Below are positions 54,068 to 64,000 of a stretch of 64,000 nucleotides of DNA, one piece after another. The stretch lies in contig JAFLCB010000013.1 of NCBI GenBank assembly GCA_017302795.1, positions 2,036-66,035 on the forward strand, written 5' to 3'. The translations under genes were made by a program, and so were the position numbers. The first letter of the stretch is position 1. Every line of letters begins with the position of its first letter. The notes under the pieces are model-generated. The model ran no database searches and was not told where the DNA came from. It saw only the letters and a program-made list of their open reading frames with translations. The stretch comes from Deltaproteobacteria bacterium. GTDB taxonomy: Bacteria > Bdellovibrionota > Bdellovibrionia > Bdellovibrionales > JAMPXM01.

Positions 54068-56307
54068 TGGCTGCCGACAGGCCGGAAGATACAATAGGTG
54101 ATTTTCCGGAAGACGGGCCACGCCCTGGATCTGGAGATGCTTCGCAAGCTCTTCCTGGTGGTCGTCGTGTTCGTTCTCCGATCGGCCAGTTCAAACTGAC
54201 AACCGAGATGAAGCCCGCGGGCGATCAACCTCGAGCCATCGGTCAAATGGTCAGCCACATCAAAGACGGCACCAAACACCAGGTGCTTTTGGGGGTGACA
54301 GGTTCTGGGAAAACGTTTTCCATGGCGAACGTCATTCAACAGACAAATCTTCCGACGTTGATTTTGGCCCCAAATAAAACTTTGGCGGCACAGCTTTACG
54401 CCGAATTCAAAGAGCTTTTTCCTGAAAATGCGGTCGAATATTTTGTTTCCTACTACGACTACTATCAGCCAGAAGCGTATATTCCTTCGTCGGACACGTT
54501 CATTGAAAAAGATTCGGCTATCAACGAACAGATCGATCGCATGCGCCACTCGGCAACTCGATCGCTGTTTGATCGCAGAGATGTTATTATCGTGAGCTCT
54601 GTTTCTTGTATTTACGGTCTTGGATCGCCAGAAGCCTACGAAGGAATGATGATCCACGTGGTGGTTGGAACGGAAACACGTCGCGACCATTTTTTGCGCG
54701 AGCTGGTCCGAATTCAGTATGCGCGCAATGATATAGATTTTCATCGTGGAAAATTTCGTGTGCGCGGAGACATCGTCGATATTCACCCACCATATGAAGA
54801 AGACCGTGTTATTCGAGTCGAATTCTTTGGCGACTATATCGAAAAAGTTTCTTGGATCGACCCATTACGCGGGGAAGTTTTAGAGGAACTTGACCAGGTC
54901 GCGATCTACCCTGGCAGTCACTACGTCACAAGCGAGGACAAATCGAAGCTCGCGATTAAGACAATTCAGACAGAGCTTCTCGAGCGTCTTCAAGAATTAA
55001 AAAATCAGATGAAGCTTGTCGAGGCCCAGCGCCTAGAGCAGCGCACCTACTACGATATCGAAATGATGGAGGAGCTTGGCTTTTGCCAAGGAATCGAAAA
55101 TTATTCCAGGCATTTGACGGGGCGTCAGCCCGGCGAGCCGCCTCCGACTCTGATCGAATACTTCCCGCCAGAATTCTTGTGTTTTATTGACGAGAGTCAC
55201 GTCACAGTTCCGCAAATTGGCGGAATGTATCGAGGCGATCGCGCTAGAAAAATGACCTTGGTTGAACACGGCTTTCGTCTGCCAAGCGCGCTTGATAACC
55301 GTCCGTTGAATTTTCAAGAATTTGAAAAGTTGATGGACAACGTTGTCTATGTTTCCGCGACTCCTGGCCCCTATGAGCTGCAGAAATCTGAAGGGTTGAT
55401 CATCGAGCAGATTATCAGGCCGACTGGTCTTTTAGATCCCAATGTGGAAGTCCGCACCGCGAAACATCAAGTCGATGATCTTTTAAAGGAAATTCGACTG
55501 CGAATCGCAAAAAGTGAACGAGTTTTGATCACGACTTTGACAAAGCGTTCGTCGGAGGATTTGACCGAGTACTATGAGGGACTCGGGATAAAGGTAAAGT
55601 ACCTTCACAGCGATATAAAAACGGTCGAGCGCACCGAAATCATTCGAGATCTTCGCCTGGGCGTTTTTGACGTCCTGATTGGAATCAATCTTTTAAGAGA
55701 AGGTTTGGACATTCCGGAAGTGTCCTTGGTGGCGATCACGGATGCTGACAAAGAGGGGTTTCTTCGCAGTGAACGGTCGCTCGTGCAGACGATTGGACGT
55801 GCGGCGCGAAACTCAGATGGCTCTGTTATTTTGTACGCGGATCACGTTACTGAATCGATGGAAAAAGCGATTCGCGAAACAGCCAGACGGCGAACAATTC
55901 AGGAAGCCTATAACAAAGAGCATGGAATTACGCCTCAGACGATCAAAAAGCGCGTCCGCGAATCGTTAATGGATATTTATGGGGAGAGTGATTCGCCAGC
56001 ACCTCAGCCGGCAGGTCGCGGGCGGGGACGCGAACTCGGGAAGAATGTATCTAAGCTTGCCACACCAGAGAGTGTGTACCGCGTTGCCACAGAAGGTATG
56101 GATCCAAAGAAGCTTGAAAAAGAAGTCGATCGCCTGCGCAAGAAAATGAAAACTCACGCTACTCAGCTTGAGTTTGAAGAGGCCGCAAAAATCAGAGACG
56201 AAGTTAAGCGTTTGCAGATGGTACAGCTCTCCCTTTTAGAGGGCGACACCGACCGCGAGATGAACGCAGTCATTGATGGAAAAGACGACGGCTCGGGCCG
56301 AAGCTAA
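54067..56307 (+). CDS. uvrB: Excinuclease ABC subunit B
   Basis: '[11 protein letters not shown]', '[11 protein letters not shown]', and a C-terminal UVR motif '[16 protein letters not shown]'. The start overlaps the cysS stop (TAATG). Confidence 0.95.
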   Translation: MAADRPEDTIGDFPEDGPRPGSGDASQALPGGRRVRSPIGQFKLTTEMKPAGDQPRAIGQMVSHIKDGTKHQVLLGVTGSGKTFSMANVIQQTNLPTLILAPNKTLAAQLYAEFKELFPENAVEYFVSYYDYYQPEAYIPSSDTFIEKDSAINEQIDRMRHSATRSLFDRRDVIIVSSVSCIYGLGSPEAYEGMMIHVVVGTETRRDHFLRELVRIQYARNDIDFHRGKFRVRGDIVDIHPPYEEDRVIRVEFFGDYIEKVSWIDPLRGEVLEELDQVAIYPGSHYVTSEDKSKLAIKTIQTELLERLQELKNQMKLVEAQRLEQRTYYDIEMMEELGFCQGIENYSRHLTGRQPGEPPPTLIEYFPPEFLCFIDESHVTVPQIGGMYRGDRARKMTLVEHGFRLPSALDNRPLNFQEFEKLMDNVVYVSATPGPYELQKSEGLIIEQIIRPTGLLDPNVEVRTAKHQVDDLLKEIRLRIAKSERVLITTLTKRSSEDLTEYYEGLGIKVKYLHSDIKTVERTEIIRDLRLGVFDVLIGINLLREGLDIPEVSLVAITDADKEGFLRSERSLVQTIGRAARNSDGSVILYADHVTESMEKAIRETARRRTIQEAYNKEHGITPQTIKKRVRESLMDIYGESDSPAPQPAGRGRGRELGKNVSKLATPESVYRVATEGMDPKKLEKEVDRLRKKMKTHATQLEFEEAAKIRDEVKRLQMVQLSLLEGDTDREMNAVIDGKDDGSGRS

Positions 56308-56566
56308 ATTAGGCGACGAGCAACCCAAGCGCTTCCTATTTTGGAGTTGGCTTCGCCTCTTGTGAGGTACATGTCTATTGAGATCACCATGACTTGTCTT
56401 GCTGATGGCTCAGTGGAATGGCAGCTCCGTCAGAAAAAAATCACATTGTCTTCACGTGTTTGTTTTTCGCAAACCTAATATGTGCTCGTGAGATTCAGGC
56501 ATCGGAAGTAATTCTTTAGGGGAAGTAATGTTTATTCGATCATTTTTCCCGTCTTCGGAAAGTCCG

Positions 56567-56713
56567 ATGAAATACTTAATTCCATTTGTTCTATTTCAGC
56601 TTTCTTGTGCAGCCCCTGAATGGAGACTAAAGGAAGTCCCGCCAGAATCTGTATCCCGACTCGAGGTAAAGGCCGAAAGCATAAAACGCGCGACCGTGAA
56701 CCGGGACAACTAA
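56567..56713 (+). CDS. Possible small lipoprotein
   Basis: 'MKYLIPFVLFQLSCAAPEW' is a lipobox-like signal. Very short and without homology support. Confidence 0.2.
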   Translation: MKYLIPFVLFQLSCAAPEWRLKEVPPESVSRLEVKAESIKRATVNRDN

Positions 56714-57085
56714 GTAGTTGGCGAAATACTTCAGGCTGCAGTCCATTCGCGTATTTTGGAAGTTACAATGTTGGCCTGTATGGCGTGTTCGGTGCATCGG
56801 GCGAGGCTCGTTTAGCGTTTGAGTTTCGAATCCTGCGATGGTGGTCAACAGTTGGTAGGTTCTAAGGTTGTCGCGTACTGTCTTTTGGGACAGCCTGTTC
56901 CAAATCAGGGACACCGAGCACAGCGTCGAACAGGACTGAACTCAGTTTTGACATGCCTGTAAAAACGGGAAATGTAGACTCGAATGCAGCGGTGGAGAGA
57001 GAACTTGTGGTACCTTTCGGACACAATGAGCTCCGCTAGAATAACGACCGCCAAACGTATTTGGGCGGCTAAAGGATTGTTCACA

Positions 57086-59878
57086 ATGAAGTATCAATTA
57101 GTATTAGGTCTCGCTTTGATTTCTTCAATAACTGGTTGCAGTTCCGGCGGAGGCGACGGCGGCGGTGGCGGTGTTCAAGGCAAGCTTTCTGCCGAACAAG
57201 AAGCAGCTCTTCAAGCGTGGATTCAAGCCCCAATAAAGTCCTGCCAAGCAATCGAAGTTGTTGGTGGCGGAGCGAGCACCTCATCAGATGATTTTGGGAT
57301 CCCAGGATTTCCATCTGCTCCAGCGCCACGCCCCTCTAATCGCGATGCCATTGAAAAAGGCGTCGACCTTTCTGTCCTTCATGCAAAAACAAAAGGTTCG
57401 ATGTGGATTGGTTCCAAATCGGCAAGCGGCGCCTTTGCTGTTCTCTCGGGCGGAGCAAGTGGCTTCACGTCGGGAGTTCAGACTTCTAAGTTTGAACAGA
57501 CGGTTGAAATCAATGGCTCGTCACAGTCCGTAAAAGTAGAAACCGAAAGTTCGGGTTACGACTGTCTTGTCAAAGTAAACGGTGTCGAGCGCGCACGCCT
57601 TCAGATTGCAAAAGAAGTCGAGATTGGACTTGCGGGCGATCTTGCAGAACTTTCGTCTCCTTCCTCGTTCCCTGCGGCTAGAATTGCGACCTCGTTTTAC
57701 AGCAATCGCGGGTTTATAAAATATGATCCCCGTGCTGCGAGATTCGATTCAGGAAATATCAGCGATCTTCTATTCAAATCGATGAAGTCCGAGACGGCCC
57801 GTGAAGCGGCTTTAAAAGGTTTAGGTTTTTCACCTGAGCAAATCCGAAAGCACTTTGTTATGGGAGCTGGCGTTCGACCACATCAGTTAGCACTCGATTT
57901 GTCGCACATCGCTTCTGGTGGCCAATTAACATTGGCTGCAAGGTCGGGATTTATTCTTACTGAAACATCTGTTGACGCGATTCCAACTGATGGCCAAGCG
58001 AAGGATTTAAAGTTTGCCGTGTTGCTTGCGACCGAAAAAGCGCAAGTGGGCCCGAAAGAGTTCAATTCAGGTGCGCCCAAAGTGATGGCCATCACACGCC
58101 AGCTTCGAATGGAAAACCGCGCCGGCGAATTCGTTGTTAAAGATTCGGGATTAGGATCGATCAGTGAAAAAGCAGCCGGCGCACAAGTTGCGGAAAAGTG
58201 TGCGCTTGATCGCGCAGTGGCAGCGAATTTCTTGTACTTCCAAGAACGTTTTATTCGCACGACGGCACCGATTGCTTCTCGAGCTGAAATTTATGGTCCG
58301 TGTGCAGCTTATGACCGCGATGCCATCGAACTGGCAGAAAAATCGGGAACGATGTTGACGACGTTGAATGCGCTTTATCGCTCGATCCCACGGGGCGACT
58401 TCCGCGGTTCCAGGTTTAGCTTTGGCGATTGGTCGCAGTCAGTTTCGTATTACCTTGTTAAAGGTCTTCAGTCTGGTTCGACAGATCGTCTTGTCGAACC
58501 ACGTGTCGTCGCAACGCCAGCGATGATGATTCTTGATCAAATGATGTTGGATGTTCGCTTGGAAGTAAACGGAGCCGCTTTGTCGCAAGACTACCGAGGG
58601 CTTCTGGCGGATCTTGTGATTGGTCTTTCAGAATCACAACTTTCAGACTCGGCTGACTCAGCTAGTTCGTCATTCGCGCGTGGCATGGCAAGAACAGCAG
58701 TTCGCGCAGGCAGCGGATTTGAAACCAGTTTTGGTGGCTTGGTACGAATTGCGATTCAAGATTGGCGCCGTGCGGGCAGCATGGTGTCGTGGGCAGATTC
58801 GATGATGACGGCTAGCTACCTGGTAACTGCGCGCGCGGTTTCATCTGAAGCGAGTCTTATCGGGTACCGTCCCTATTTTGATGAAGTTCATTCGCGCCTG
58901 TTTGAAGTTCAACCGACTGAGTCGGATCTGGCATCGCAACTTGATCGCTTCCGTGGTTTTCGAACTCAGCTAGATCGCTTTCCGCAATTGAAGCCAGTTG
59001 CCGATGTTCTTTCGACATCGCTGCTAAAAAGTCGCGTCCAACCCGTCGACTATCCTCGAACGATTGAGGCTGCAGCTAAGCTTGCGGCCGGCGACGCTGA
59101 CCTAGTTGCGGTTTACATGAATGCTTTGAAAACCGGCGACGGGGTCACAGAATTTGATGCGATTCGCACTTGGGCGTTGGCTTTGACCACTTCGGATCAA
59201 CAAGCGATTGCGAGTGTCCTGGCAAACGGGAAGGCAATGGGTATCGAAAGTGAAAGCCGACATAAACTTCGTGACGCCGTTTCGGCGCGCGTTGGTAGCT
59301 CAGTCCTTCAGTCGATGGCGAATGCCGGTGGCCTAGCTAAGGCATTTATCGCGGCTGAGGCAGGCCGCGCTAGCGGATCTACTCGAGATACGTTTTACGA
59401 ATCAAAAGCGAAGGAAATAGCAAAACGAATTTTCTTGCAAAACTTTTCGGCCACGGATGTTCAAGCACTGGAAACTTTCGCGAAGGTCGCGGGGGCAGAC
59501 TTGATGTGTGAAGGTCGGCAGACGATCTCGTCGCGACTGGATTGTGCTGGCCTTCAGCGGTTCACCAAAGAAGGTGACGGACTTTTAAACGACCGCTATC
59601 AGGGCCGTTACGTATCGCTCGCAACGCGAATGCAGGTATGGTTTGGCCAGTTGGTGCCGGCGAACGATCATCTTTCGATGCGAAGAAAGTTGAAGTCGGC
59701 GCTGTTTCCAGCCTTCAACAACACTCCGTGGGCGACTTGTGATGCTCAAAGTTATCAGGTGAAATTTCAGGCACTTGATAAAGCTGTTGGCGCTTACTTG
59801 GTTGCGATTGGCGACTTTGTGACAAGATCCCAAGCCGAGCGCGATGTTCAGACGGCTATGGACGCTCGTTGCCCATAG
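57086..59878 (+). CDS. Large (930 aa) lipoprotein of unknown function
   Basis: 'MKYQLVLGLALISSITGCSSGGGDGGGGG' lipobox plus Gly linker. Long uninterrupted ORF with protein-like composition and no recognisable domain. Confidence 0.65.
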   Translation: MKYQLVLGLALISSITGCSSGGGDGGGGGVQGKLSAEQEAALQAWIQAPIKSCQAIEVVGGGASTSSDDFGIPGFPSAPAPRPSNRDAIEKGVDLSVLHAKTKGSMWIGSKSASGAFAVLSGGASGFTSGVQTSKFEQTVEINGSSQSVKVETESSGYDCLVKVNGVERARLQIAKEVEIGLAGDLAELSSPSSFPAARIATSFYSNRGFIKYDPRAARFDSGNISDLLFKSMKSETAREAALKGLGFSPEQIRKHFVMGAGVRPHQLALDLSHIASGGQLTLAARSGFILTETSVDAIPTDGQAKDLKFAVLLATEKAQVGPKEFNSGAPKVMAITRQLRMENRAGEFVVKDSGLGSISEKAAGAQVAEKCALDRAVAANFLYFQERFIRTTAPIASRAEIYGPCAAYDRDAIELAEKSGTMLTTLNALYRSIPRGDFRGSRFSFGDWSQSVSYYLVKGLQSGSTDRLVEPRVVATPAMMILDQMMLDVRLEVNGAALSQDYRGLLADLVIGLSESQLSDSADSASSSFARGMARTAVRAGSGFETSFGGLVRIAIQDWRRAGSMVSWADSMMTASYLVTARAVSSEASLIGYRPYFDEVHSRLFEVQPTESDLASQLDRFRGFRTQLDRFPQLKPVADVLSTSLLKSRVQPVDYPRTIEAAAKLAAGDADLVAVYMNALKTGDGVTEFDAIRTWALALTTSDQQAIASVLANGKAMGIESESRHKLRDAVSARVGSSVLQSMANAGGLAKAFIAAEAGRASGSTRDTFYESKAKEIAKRIFLQNFSATDVQALETFAKVAGADLMCEGRQTISSRLDCAGLQRFTKEGDGLLNDRYQGRYVSLATRMQVWFGQLVPANDHLSMRRKLKSALFPAFNNTPWATCDAQSYQVKFQALDKAVGAYLVAIGDFVTRSQAERDVQTAMDARCP

Positions 59879-59905
59879 GCAGTTTAGCATGCACAATGAG
59901 GTGCA

Positions 59906-61828
59906 ATGCTTAAACGCGAAGCCGAAATCATAGAGGAACTAAAAGAGAAGGTGAGGGATTTCCCTCGCCTTCCTGGCGTTTACCTCATGAAGAATGAGGC
60001 CGAAAAGATCATCTATGTCGGTAAGGCCAAGGACATTCGCTCTCGCGTTCGTAGTTACCTGACCGATTCTAAGGACCATTCGGCGAAGACCCGGCTTTTG
60101 GTTCGAAATATTCGCACCATCGACACGATCCTTACGAAGACAGAAGTAGAAGCATTTCTTCTAGAGGCGTCGCTCATAAAAAAGCATCGGCCTCGGTACA
60201 ACATTCGGCTAAAAGACGACAAGAGTTATCCGTACATTCGAATCTCAATGGCTGATCCTTTTCCTCGTCTTTACTTGGCGAGAAAAGTTAAAAAAGATGG
60301 TTCGATGTACTTTGGCCCCTACACCAATGGCACAGCAGTCTGGGGAACGATTCGGTTCTTGAATCGAACTTTTCAAATTCGAGATTGTAAAGACGCTTTC
60401 ATGGCGACCCGAAAGCGTCCCTGCATGACTCATCAAATTGGTCGCTGCAAGGCTCCATGTGTGGATCTCGTAAATCAATCGGAGTACGGCGATGACATCA
60501 AGCAAGCTGTTACATTCCTGAGAGGACGAGACAAACAAATCGTTCGCGATTTGACGAAGAAAATGAAGTTGGCTGCGGAGGACGAGCGCTATGAGGCAGC
60601 GGCCAAAGTTCGAGATTCAATTGACGCGATAAAACAAATCCTTGAACGTCAGGCTGTAGTCAACGATACGAGTGAGCTCGATCAGGATGTTGTGGGTTAC
60701 CACGGCGACGAGCGCGGAACGCTGGTAGAAATGATTCACATTCGCAGTGGTCGAGTCATCGGCAACAAGGGACATTTTCTTCCTCTGCTCGATTCAAATT
60801 CTCAAGATGAAGATGTGCGAGAATGGCTAACGAGCTATCTCAATCAGTATTATGATGAAGCGCTGATCCCAGATGAGCTTTTGCTGCCGATCGATCTGGG
60901 GCGTGATCTTACGGAACTTATGACGGCAGTGTTTGTTGAACGAAGTGGACGAAAAGTAAAAATCCGCTTTCCGACGGACGCCGCTGGAAATAGTTTACTC
61001 GAACTAGCCGCCACGAACGCCAAAGAACACTTCGGCGGCCATGTTGATAAATCAGAAATGAAGAAGAAAGCACTTGAAGAAATTCAGGAGCGGTTGAAGC
61101 TTCCGACAATGCCCGTCCGAATTGAGTGTTTTGATATTTCTACCTTTCAAGGTGCAGAAACCGTCGCAAGCCAAGTGGTATTTGAAGACGGAGTCCCCAA
61201 CAAAGATCAATATCGCCGTTACAAAATTAAAACGGTGAAAGGCACAAACGATTTCGAATCGATGCGCGAAGTACTGACTCGACGGTTCAAACACGCTGAG
61301 CTTGATCTACCTGATTTAATTGTGATCGATGGTGGTAAGGGTCAATTGGGAATTGCGACCGAAGTGTTTAAAGAAATCGGGCAGCCTGGAATTCCGGTTG
61401 TTGGTTTAGCGAAAGCTAGGACCGATAGCGACTTTTCTTCAAGTGAAGTTCGCGGTTCAGAGGAAAGATTTTTTCTTCCGGGTCGACAAAACCCAGTCAT
61501 TTTTAAAACTAGTTCTGAAGCCTTTAGGATCTTAGTCAGCATTCGAGATGAAGCTCATCGATTTGCGATCACGTATCATCGGAAGCTTCGCGAATCTACT
61601 TCTCTAGAAAGTGAACTTGATCAAATCAGCGGTCTTGGTCCGGTAAGAAAAAAGACATTGCTAACGGCCTTCAATTCGATCGATGAAATTAGGTCGGCCG
61701 ACGTAGAAAAAATCGCGAGCCTGAAGGGTTTTAATCTGGCCTCGGCCGAAGTTTTACTTGAAGAACTTGCGAGAGCCGATTTGGGGTCGGATTCAGGACA
61801 AGAAGAGCCAGGCCCCGAAATCGTCTAA
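59906..61828 (+). CDS. uvrC: Excinuclease ABC subunit C
   Basis: GIY-YIG 'PGVYLMKNEAEKIIYVGKAKDIRSRVRSY', UVR 'RYEAAAKVRDSI', and a C-terminal HhH region. Confidence 0.95.
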   Translation: MLKREAEIIEELKEKVRDFPRLPGVYLMKNEAEKIIYVGKAKDIRSRVRSYLTDSKDHSAKTRLLVRNIRTIDTILTKTEVEAFLLEASLIKKHRPRYNIRLKDDKSYPYIRISMADPFPRLYLARKVKKDGSMYFGPYTNGTAVWGTIRFLNRTFQIRDCKDAFMATRKRPCMTHQIGRCKAPCVDLVNQSEYGDDIKQAVTFLRGRDKQIVRDLTKKMKLAAEDERYEAAAKVRDSIDAIKQILERQAVVNDTSELDQDVVGYHGDERGTLVEMIHIRSGRVIGNKGHFLPLLDSNSQDEDVREWLTSYLNQYYDEALIPDELLLPIDLGRDLTELMTAVFVERSGRKVKIRFPTDAAGNSLLELAATNAKEHFGGHVDKSEMKKKALEEIQERLKLPTMPVRIECFDISTFQGAETVASQVVFEDGVPNKDQYRRYKIKTVKGTNDFESMREVLTRRFKHAELDLPDLIVIDGGKGQLGIATEVFKEIGQPGIPVVGLAKARTDSDFSSSEVRGSEERFFLPGRQNPVIFKTSSEAFRILVSIRDEAHRFAITYHRKLRESTSLESELDQISGLGPVRKKTLLTAFNSIDEIRSADVEKIASLKGFNLASAEVLLEELARADLGSDSGQEEPGPEIV

Positions 61829-62062
61829 ACTGGTTTCGATATCGGTGTCTACAGATGAGACAGTTGGTAGGCGCAATTCAGCTTCGGGATGTTTAAGTTC
61901 GTCTTTTGCTGTCCCACCGGGAATTCGCCATCTTATTGATATTACTAAATAAATTAGCACTCTCGGGACCGTTTTCGGCGTTCCTCTGCCCGTGCATACC
62001 TGTTGCTCAGTATTCAGAAGGTAGTTCCTGTTGGATCGCCAAGGGGCGAAAGGGGTTTTCTG

Positions 62063-63103
62063 ATGTCGCACTCACAATCGAATTTTCCTTTGATGCTTTC
62101 TGCTGTTGTTCTAGCGCTGAGTTCATTTTTGCCAGCCGCACTTTTCGCAAACACTGGAAATGAGTCTGGGCCTCTTGACCAATTAGACATCTACAATGGA
62201 ATCACTGTAACAGTCGCTGCTGGAGCGGCCGTCGCAGCAAATGAGTATAGTTTTCGTCGCAAGCTTGAAGCATCCGGGGCGGTTCATAGACATTCTACGA
62301 TTGTTCACAAAGGATCAGGCGCGACGCTCATGAATTCACCCTCCAGTAATTTGGTAGATATGGTATTAAGCGGCACTCGCCATGGTGATGTCGTGTCCAT
62401 CGAGTACACGCCAGGAACTTTAAATGAGTTGAATCAGGCCGTGTCCGATATGAAGGAATCTGAATTGGCATGGGAGCGCCGAGTGGGTGTTTTAACTAAA
62501 GAGCTTCAGGCCATTGATCGTCGTCGCAGAGTTGCCCGCGGTCAATTGGCTGAATTACCCCTTAAAGAAGAATCGAGAGATGCGCGTGAGCGAGCACAGA
62601 CTCGACTCGAAGTAGCCGAAAAGGAATATGCGCACGTCAAGGCAGCGGAGCTGGATGCACAAAAAAGAATGCATCACGCACGTGGGCTTTATGCCGCAGA
62701 AAAATTAAATTTTGAAAGTTCTCTCCGAGCGTCCGAATCTGCGCGGTACGGTGGAAAAAATATCCCACCCAGGTTGGTTACGACGGCAGTACGCCGCGAT
62801 TTCCCGGTCGACGATTCGACTCGCAATCAACTAATGGTATTGGTTGATCGCGTAACGGCCTCCAAAACGCTTCGTCAAGCGAAGGCGCAAGTTCCTCACG
62901 TTAAAATCACGCGGGTGAACATGCCTAATTACGACGGCGCAGTGAAACTTCTAAAAGCTTCTCGGCGCGGGCTTTGGGGTGTTGGTCTCGGCGCGATGGT
63001 TGCTCTCGAAGAAGTCACCACTGGCTACTTAGCCGATGGACTTCGCGAGTCGGTCGAACCTTCGGCAGTCATACCGGCGCGAAACTCAACGACTGCCCGC
63101 TAA
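62063..63103 (+). CDS. Secreted hypothetical protein with central coiled-coil
   Basis: Signal 'LMLSAVVLALSSFLPAALFA'. AAAGGGG RBS. Charged helical segment 'ESELAWERRVGVLTKELQAIDRRRRVARGQLAEL'. Confidence 0.5.
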   Translation: MSHSQSNFPLMLSAVVLALSSFLPAALFANTGNESGPLDQLDIYNGITVTVAAGAAVAANEYSFRRKLEASGAVHRHSTIVHKGSGATLMNSPSSNLVDMVLSGTRHGDVVSIEYTPGTLNELNQAVSDMKESELAWERRVGVLTKELQAIDRRRRVARGQLAELPLKEESRDARERAQTRLEVAEKEYAHVKAAELDAQKRMHHARGLYAAEKLNFESSLRASESARYGGKNIPPRLVTTAVRRDFPVDDSTRNQLMVLVDRVTASKTLRQAKAQVPHVKITRVNMPNYDGAVKLLKASRRGLWGVGLGAMVALEEVTTGYLADGLRESVEPSAVIPARNSTTAR

Positions 63104-63116
63104 TTGACTCGTTAAA

Positions 63117-63374
63117 TTAGTTGAGAGTGAATAGACGTTTGCGAAGTTTAATTTTGCAAGCGCCGCACTCGGCACTCTCTATGACAGTCAGTTGCAGGAA
63201 ATCGATCTGGTGATCAAATTTCAACTGATCGCCGCAAAGACAGCAGCAGTTATGGTCTTGAAGAAAAATTTCGCGCGTACTCATGGCGTCCTCTGGATGC
63301 CCTGAGCCTCGCGCAAGATCGTCGATTTCTAAGACCGGAAACTCATTATCGTAATCGGATTGGTGTCGGGACAT
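63117..63374 (-). CDS. Small Cys-rich (zinc-ribbon-like) hypothetical protein
   Basis: 'CCCLCGDQL...N19...CGACK' gives two CxxC-type pairs. 85 aa. Confidence 0.4.
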   Translation of the reverse strand: MSRHQSDYDNEFPVLEIDDLARGSGHPEDAMSTREIFLQDHNCCCLCGDQLKFDHQIDFLQLTVIESAECGACKIKLRKRLFTLN

Positions 63375-63496
63375 GGTGATTCTCCTGACAAACCTATCGG
63401 CTTCCGGTTTAATTCCTCGAGAGGTAAAATTTGCCGCTATGACAGGGCGCGCCGCTTAGTTACACAGCCCTGCTCGAGCAGCTAGGGTCAGCCGGA

Positions 63497-63994
63497 ATGG
63501 CAACTTCAAACGCTCTGCAAATTGCTCGCTATTTTGAAAAGGTCTTAGGGCTCTCGAAAGTCGGGTCGGGATTTTTTATTCAAGAACATCCTCCTTTGAG
63601 TCAGGCGGCTGTGATCTTGCCGGTTAAATGCTGGTTGGTCGATTTTCATCAAAGTGATTTGCCGTCGGTGCAGCCGACGATTCTGGAGATGGCTTTAAAG
63701 CTAAAAGCTGCGATCGAGGCAGAATGGGTGAAGCATGGACTGTCGGGTCAGGTTCGCGTCGAATGGCTGACAAGCGACCAGTATCAGCGGGCAGGCAACG
63801 TCGGCCATGAAATGGGGCTTGTTATCTTTTTCGGTGAACTGCGTGAAAGTCGACGATTTCATTCTGCATCGAGCGTCGAAGTTCTGGTGCCGCGGTTAGA
63901 TGAAATGAATATGAATCCGTCCTTGAAGCGCGATGCTTGGCGCAAAATTCAATATGAGATTGCTCAGTTCAGTGCTGGGCTTGGTGCGAGCTAG
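63497..63994 (+). CDS. Hypothetical protein
   Basis: 165-aa ORF with protein-like composition. No recognisable motif. Confidence 0.4.
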   Translation: MATSNALQIARYFEKVLGLSKVGSGFFIQEHPPLSQAAVILPVKCWLVDFHQSDLPSVQPTILEMALKLKAAIEAEWVKHGLSGQVRVEWLTSDQYQRAGNVGHEMGLVIFFGELRESRRFHSASSVEVLVPRLDEMNMNPSLKRDAWRKIQYEIAQFSAGLGAS

Positions 63995-64000
63995 ACCTTA

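Noticed and set aside
53938-54786. A 282-aa minus-strand ORF overlapping the cysS end and the uvrB 5' region.
   Set aside because: It is fully antisense to the strongly supported uvrB gene. Its composition is Arg/Ser/Phe-rich and typical of antisense frames, and it has no motifs.

Overview
This 64-kb chromosomal window is probably from a Bdellovibrio-like (Bdellovibrionota) bacterium. The taxonomic guess is tentative and rests on about 50% GC by eye, several 'FQNC'-type lipoboxes and a TIGR02147/DUF4423-like HTH gene.

The right two thirds are mostly housekeeping genes: ppc, queA, tgt-yajC-secD-secF, recJ, queC, nfu, fbaB-lysS, recG, carD, gltX-cysS-uvrB and uvrC. Several lineage-specific lipoprotein or secreted genes are interspersed.

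Three regions look accessory.

(1) 1-12.8 kb. A minus-strand operon encodes a glycosyltransferase, an NDP-sugar dehydratase, a ThiF/E1-like protein and a nitroreductase-like protein. The last gene runs off the left edge and is absent from the ORF track. The region also holds four paralogous AraC regulators. Two of them are divergently paired with stand-alone E2-type acyltransferase-domain proteins whose catalytic His is replaced by Arg. A SAM methyltransferase and a second nitroreductase paralog complete the block.

(2) 15.2-21.1 kb. A decayed island abuts tRNA-Leu(GAG). It contains a toxin stub with an intact XRE antitoxin, an HNH endonuclease, a triple-frameshifted serine-recombinase remnant, a DUF4160/CopG-like pair and an ISL3 element with 29-bp inverted repeats.

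(3) 23.0-28.7 kb. A block splits the otherwise conserved queA/tgt neighbourhood. It carries a CxxCH-bearing putative beta-barrel, YceI, three PSCyt1-like CxxCH modules and a large regulator with two winged-helix domains.

Other notable items:
- two tandem Asp/His-rich lipoprotein paralogs (37.0-38.7 kb);
- a structured 61/95-bp repeat, present as a tandem array at 38.7-38.9 kb and as an inverted single copy at 49.6 kb, each starting 1-2 nt after a stop codon;
- a perfect 17-bp tandem repeat in the ppc upstream region.

I saw no CRISPR array, rRNA gene or recognisable complete defence system. All calls come from reading the sequence and motifs by eye, with no searches run.
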